A stretch of 64,000 bases of DNA from Savitreella phatthalungensis (taxonomy: Eukaryota). Position numbers and translations under genes: made by a program. The notes under the pieces were generated by a model. That model was not told where the DNA came from. It saw nothing but the letters and a program-made list of their open reading frames with translations, and made no database searches. Shown here one piece after another: positions 59,070 through 64,000 of this stretch (positions within the stretch are counted from its first letter, which is position 1; every line of letters begins with the position of its first letter). Where the stretch lies: positions 186,001 to 250,000 of the forward strand of contig AP039698.1 of NCBI GenBank assembly GCA_051599415.1, written 5' to 3'.

Positions 59070-60518
59070 TAGTCTGGTGTAAATGTTTGAGACACTTGCC
59101 GCCCTCGGTAAGCCATCGTGTGAGACCTGCTATGTCGTCTCAGGTCCGGGTCCAGGTCACTTGATTTGTGGCTCCTGTGCTCTGAAGGCATCCTATGCGG
59201 CACAGGACTTCTTACAAGTTATCCCAGCTTGCAGGACGGCATGTGGAAGATTCGACTCTTAGTCTCTCAATATAAACATCAATCATTTGCGAAAGAAGTA
59301 AAGCGCATTGATGTTCGCACAGTCCGCACCAGAGATTCAGCAACGACATCGTGCTCTGACCAGCCAGCAGGGATATGAATACCACGGACGACTCGATCAA
59401 CCACGTCGAGACCGCCCGCGTTGTTACAGATGTCTATAATGCATGTGCGCCGGATTCAGGCCTGTATTGTACTAAACGTGTACGAAGCATGCTTTTGTGT
59501 GCAGCCTTGCAGGACATCTTATCTGTGGGTTCCCTGCCCGATATGGGAATCTGCTTCGTGTGATTACAGCAAGCGACTAAATGGTCAGACAAGTACGCGT
59601 GCGAATCGCAGTCTGTCAAGCAAAGTGCTTTATGCAGAATTTCGAGACTTTTGGTCATTAAGAGGTGATTTGGTGTCCAGCTTCACGAGCGCTGTCCAAA
59701 AAATGATTTGTCCTGCTACAAAGACCATGAGCTCTAGGACTAGGTTTGGGTGATCTGCTGCATTTACAAATATCGGATTGGCAATGGAAAGGTAAATATC
59801 TACCATTCTGGCTCCTTCGAGCAGTTCATGCGAGATTCACAATGCATCGATTGTCTCATCACAAGTATACTACATACTCACAAGTCTCGCAGATTGCGTC
59901 CCGATTATGGATTTATTGATCGCACAATCTGAATTTGTAGCCTCCTATAGATTCCACACATCTAGCAATCACTCCTGTTTGACGTGTCTTCTTGATCAAG
60001 TTCGCAGTCAAAAACATCCTCACAACAGGGAATCGACATGCACACTCGCAAACACTGTCCAGCTCCTCGTCTTCACGGATCTAGTCGCCGGCGCCGTCCT
60101 TCCTCAAATGCTTTATAATCACTGTCACTTTTGCATCCACTCTATGATATTTTGACAATCCTACAATATATGTACCAGACACAGCACTCTCCTGAGTCAT
60201 TACAATTCACCAACGCATGTCTCTTGTCGTCTGTCGGAACTGTTTGTGATGTGTATGTTTCCTGCCGAGTCACAGCATCAGTCCTCTCTTATCGTCTGCT
60301 CCGGATTCGCAGCGCTTTCTTCATCATTTTTTTAAATTTTGTGAAAGTCTTCCGCAACATAGACGCGTGGCAGCCAGGAGTCGTCGGTGCCGGGGAGCAA
60401 TGCCATGGCACGAAAACCACTGGAGAGCTTGTGAAGCTAGACCTATTGCTTTACTAGGAAATGCAAACTTCATACTGCAGACCGGGCATGCGTCACAACA
60501 GCTCAAGTCGTCTGTGCT

Positions 60519-61146
60519 GATTGTATATCCGCGTGCACATTGCCGTCACTTCCGCGATTACTCGGCCTACGTACTGCGAGATTGTAGACCCGTATAGAGC
60601 TGTGAAATATCGTTGTGCTGTGCTAGTGTCGCGACCGCTAGATGATCCGGGTTGATTGTATATGTTTTGTGCACAATGCTGACACTTCCGCAATCACTCA
60701 TTCTGCGTATGACAAGGTAGTAACCCTGTTTGGAGCTGTCAAATAGTATTGTTCTGTGCTAGGTCCTGGTGTTGGTGATGTTTGGCATGCTGTCTCTGTG
60801 CATCATGCTGCGTCTTCTTGTACCTAAGCCGACCCGCTATGTCAGCACAGTTGTGGTATGTATCAGTTATAGCATGGCGGGCACCACCGCCTAGACCACC
60901 TCCTGTAGTCACTACATGTCTGTTTGTACTTGTTTGTATCTGATTGTGTCCTTTGGTGAACTCTGTCTGGGTACTCTTGTGTCGTCTGGTTCATGTCCGT
61001 GTTGCTTCGTCTGTCGCTCTCGAGTCCTGCGATCGTCCTCCGCGACAGGTTGGTGAGCTCCGCGTGAATGTTCCTGCGTTGTCTCGTCTGTCTTCGTGTC
61101 GCTTTGTCCGTTGCTCTCGGATCCCGAGACTGTCCTCCGCAACACA
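60519..61146. repeat. Diverged direct repeat, copy B (60628-61048), plus partial tandem sub-copies at 60519-60626 and about 61095-61146
   Basis: Shared blocks such as CACTTCCRCAATCACTC, CTAGGTCCTGGTGTTGGTGAT, GTTGTGGTATGTATCAG and GTCCTCCGCRACA. Confidence 0.85.
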
Positions 61147-61470
61147 CAATCGCGAGTTCCACAATTATGTGTGGACCACCGGTTCCATCCGGTGCGACAT
61201 CATACAGTAGGGTGCTGAAGGTCATACCCTTCCGTCTCTTTGGGGCTGACGGCTCTTGCGGCCACCAGAACATTTGCAATGCGAGCCGAGCTCTCGATCC
61301 CGTCAGCACGGCATCGTGTCATTCCGCCGTCCCACGGAACATGTAGACTATCGCGACTCTACCAGCTGCGCTGGGCATTCAATTTCATGCAACTCTAGTA
61401 CACAATCCAACTTCACCAGTCGCTGAAAAGGAGAATGCTTGACGTCTAGATGAACACCTCACTACGATGT

Positions 61471-64000
61471 CTAATTGGTGGTGTTCTTGTAACTTGTCAC
61501 GTTGGCTGTCGCGTTGACGTCCTTCGGCTGCAGCAAATCCGCGAAGCTCGCAGGGAGGTTGAGGGTAGACGAAAGGTCAACGAGCTTGCTCCCGACGGCT
61601 GGACCGACGATCAGCGCGACAAACACGATGAGAAGAAGGAAGAAGAGAGTGGCATAGCGGCGAACGATTCTCTTGCGCAGCCTGTTCTGCTTCATGCTGA
61701 AGATAGGTGGTCGTATTTGCCTGCTTGGTCGAAGCCAGAAGAGGATCATTGAATGACCGCGGTCAACGTAAGGAATCGCCAGAGCTGGCACCATGAGGAA
61801 GAGGAGAATGTGGCCGAGAATGAAATCTGCGGAGAAGTGGCTAAGCTCGATAGTCTTGCAGGCGAACTCACGTAGAGGTTGTGAGAAGGCATGGCCGCCA
61901 AGCGAATTTCCGTACCACCGGCCAGTCCAGAAAGCAAGGTTGGCACCGTCGTGCTTGAATTCCCGCGTTAGACAAGTGATCGTGATGAGCTTGAGGAACC
62001 AGCGCTGAATGGCGATAGCTGCGATCATGCCGAGAAGTGCCTTCGGGAATGACCAGTTCTCAAGTAGCCACATAGCCTCGAAAATGATGAGCAACATGAC
62101 GACAGCAATCGCGTGCGCAATCGCAGCCAGCACTGCGCCGAACTTTTTGCAGCACATTGAGAGACAGGGTCCCATGCAACATGCCATGCCGGAGAACATG
62201 AGAGCGACACCGGCGTTGATACCGACGGGCGCAAAGGCGACGATGGCTACGCGCAGAATTGGATTCGAGCCCGATGCAGACGGGTCTCCAGTTATGTTGC
62301 CGGGCTGAGAATTCATGAACAGGAATGGAACCAATGTAACGATGACGAGGAAAAGGGGTCCCACGACTTCCGAGAAGAAGACGTTGGTAAAAGAAGACCT
62401 GGGAATGTCGCCAGACATCTTTTCCGATGGCAGACCAAGCACCTTGCGCTTGTAACCTGTGATTCGCGTTCGAGAAAGCCTGCAGTAGCCGATCCACGAA
62501 TTTGCGTGAGTGCGCGAATTGCCGCGGGATAGCCAGCGAATGAACTCGCGATAATCGACAAAGAAATCCGTCCATGCGAACTGATGCGGGTTGAAGAGGA
62601 ATGGCGAGATGCAGAGTGCGAGGATAGACACCCAGAAGTAAATGAGATGCGGTACCCAACACGTGAGCGTGGCAAAGAGAAGCATCATGAGTGTGCGAGA
62701 TCCAAGATAGATCGATGGCCCAGCGAAGCGGGAGAAGAGGATCGAGAATGGAATGCGGGATGTGGCAAAGCCACGACCAGTGCCAATGTATCGAGCGCCG
62801 CCGAAGGACAGATTGTTCAGAAGAGCATTGGCATAAATTTGGCAGACAAAGACCTCGAACAGGGGAGAGAGCGAGCCGAAGTGCTTTGCGAGACGTGTGG
62901 CCGCACGCCAGACTCCGCGTTCCGTCAATTCCTGCACCACGAGGGGCACGAATGAGATGAAGAAGACGATGAAGATAGAGAGAATACAGCGCTTGACCCA
63001 AGCCAGTACCGGAGCGAGATTGTAACAGCCACCCGGTACGAGCTCATCGGTTGGAGGCTTGTTCGGGTTGTAGACGCAGACAGTGACGAGATAATAGATC
63101 GCACCAAGGTTCAGCATGACGATCATAAAGAGCTGCACAGACAGCATGATGAACAAATTGTTGATGTGGAAGCCGGGATGGGCATAGTAGAAGGAGAGGA
63201 AGCGGTCGATGGGCAATTGCGTACCCAGGTAGTAATATTCTCGAGAAAGCAATTGCTCACCCATGCCTGTGCCAATCTTTGTCGTGAAATTCAGGATGGA
63301 TCCGAAGCCAAGATCTCGTCCCTTGCCACACTGGTAATATTCGCAATGCTTGATACGGCCGCCGCGAAGCAGGGCTGTCATACCGGCGTAGATATCCTCG
63401 TTGAGATGGAGACCTTTCTGTGCCTTTGAGACACCGCCACGAGTCGTCATATAGATACCATTAAGGAAATCGGGATGACCATAGTGCAACTTGCCGCCAA
63501 TTTGCGCAAGCGTGCGCGCGAACAAGGTTCCAAAGGTCTGTTCTTTGCCTGCAGCAACATCGCCGAGGATGCCGATGTTCTCAGAAAAGATGTACTCACG
63601 AGCTCCGAGAATAGCGACCGGATGCTGTTCGTCCGATTGAACGCCTGGTGTGTACGGCGATGTCGTGGGCGGTTCCATTTCCTCAAACTCTGCGAGAACC
63701 GATCGAATTTTGAGGCACTCCTCGAGGTAGTTGTCCTGATTAGCGTCAATGAGCTGAATATACTCGCCACGATAGAAGATGAGAGCATGATTCTGGTTGT
63801 CTGACTTGCCGTCGCCAAGAATCGGGTTTCCGGATAATTGCACGCGGAACTTCGGCCGGCGCTTTCCATTTTCCATGATCTCTGAGTGGCCATCAATCAG
63901 GGCAGAGAAGATGCGCGGCTCATCACCCTCATTCAGTGGGGGTTCTTCGTCGAGGTAAGCAATCTGAAGGTCAGGGTAGGCTCGCAAAAGGAATTCCGTG
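61471..64000 (-). CDS. FKS1: 1,3-beta-glucan synthase catalytic subunit; 3' part only, runs in from the right edge
   Basis: [75 protein letters not shown]. Confidence 0.97.
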   Translation of the reverse strand, partial: TEFLLRAYPDLQIAYLDEEPPLNEGDEPRIFSALIDGHSEIMENGKRRPKFRVQLSGNPILGDGKSDNQNHALIFYRGEYIQLIDANQDNYLEECLKIRSVLAEFEEMEPPTTSPYTPGVQSDEQHPVAILGAREYIFSENIGILGDVAAGKEQTFGTLFARTLAQIGGKLHYGHPDFLNGIYMTTRGGVSKAQKGLHLNEDIYAGMTALLRGGRIKHCEYYQCGKGRDLGFGSILNFTTKIGTGMGEQLLSREYYYLGTQLPIDRFLSFYYAHPGFHINNLFIMLSVQLFMIVMLNLGAIYYLVTVCVYNPNKPPTDELVPGGCYNLAPVLAWVKRCILSIFIVFFISFVPLVVQELTERGVWRAATRLAKHFGSLSPLFEVFVCQIYANALLNNLSFGGARYIGTGRGFATSRIPFSILFSRFAGPSIYLGSRTLMMLLFATLTCWVPHLIYFWVSILALCISPFLFNPHQFAWTDFFVDYREFIRWLSRGNSRTHANSWIGYCRLSRTRITGYKRKVLGLPSEKMSGDIPRSSFTNVFFSEVVGPLFLVIVTLVPFLFMNSQPGNITGDPSASGSNPILRVAIVAFAPVGINAGVALMFSGMACCMGPCLSMCCKKFGAVLAAIAHAIAVVMLLIIFEAMWLLENWSFPKALLGMIAAIAIQRWFLKLITITCLTREFKHDGANLAFWTGRWYGNSLGGHAFSQPLREFACKTIELSHFSADFILGHILLFLMVPALAIPYVDRGHSMILFWLRPSRQIRPPIFSMKQNRLRKRIVRRYATLFFLLLIVFVALIVGPAVGSKLVDLSSTLNLPASFADLLQPKDVNATANVTSYKNTTN

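Noticed and set aside
58646..61146. Repeats considered as a CRISPR-like array or intact transposon
   Set aside because: Eukaryotic context, long diverged units, no repeat-spacer periodicity and no transposase or RT ORF.

Overview
Gene-dense, intron-poor fungal nuclear DNA. The compact layout, 41-74 nt GT..CTRAC..AG introns and a HomolD-like box suggest an ascomycete, possibly Taphrina-like Taphrinomycotina; this assignment is inference only. I find about 27 protein genes: a CDC3-type septin (partial), PEX10, GAR1, an FMO, MSH2, a DAGK/sphingosine-kinase-like protein, GCN20, PET117, GPI1, VAC14, NCS2, RPS30, ATG26, YPD1, a WKF-domain protein, PEP4, a Slm1-like PH protein, a DUF676 lipase, an OLE1-like desaturase, FCP1, an aquaglyceroporin, TIM22, a secreted aspartic protease, CWH43, UTP6, FKS1 (partial) and one candidate microprotein. 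There is also an intron-containing tRNA-Val(CAC). The most notable observations are: (1) an AUG-free 98-aa two-TM microprotein ORF directly upstream of and overlapping GPI1, a candidate bicistronic locus, with a possible 35-nt intron that would put both ORFs in frame across a UGA; (2) a degenerate repeat family at 58.6-61.1 kb with a CpG/RIP-like transition signature; (3) a Pol III terminator-like T6 run inside the tRNA intron; (4) a pepsin-like protease with a Cys-motif and mucin-like insert before its catalytic domain. All calls were made by eye from motifs; no searches were run.
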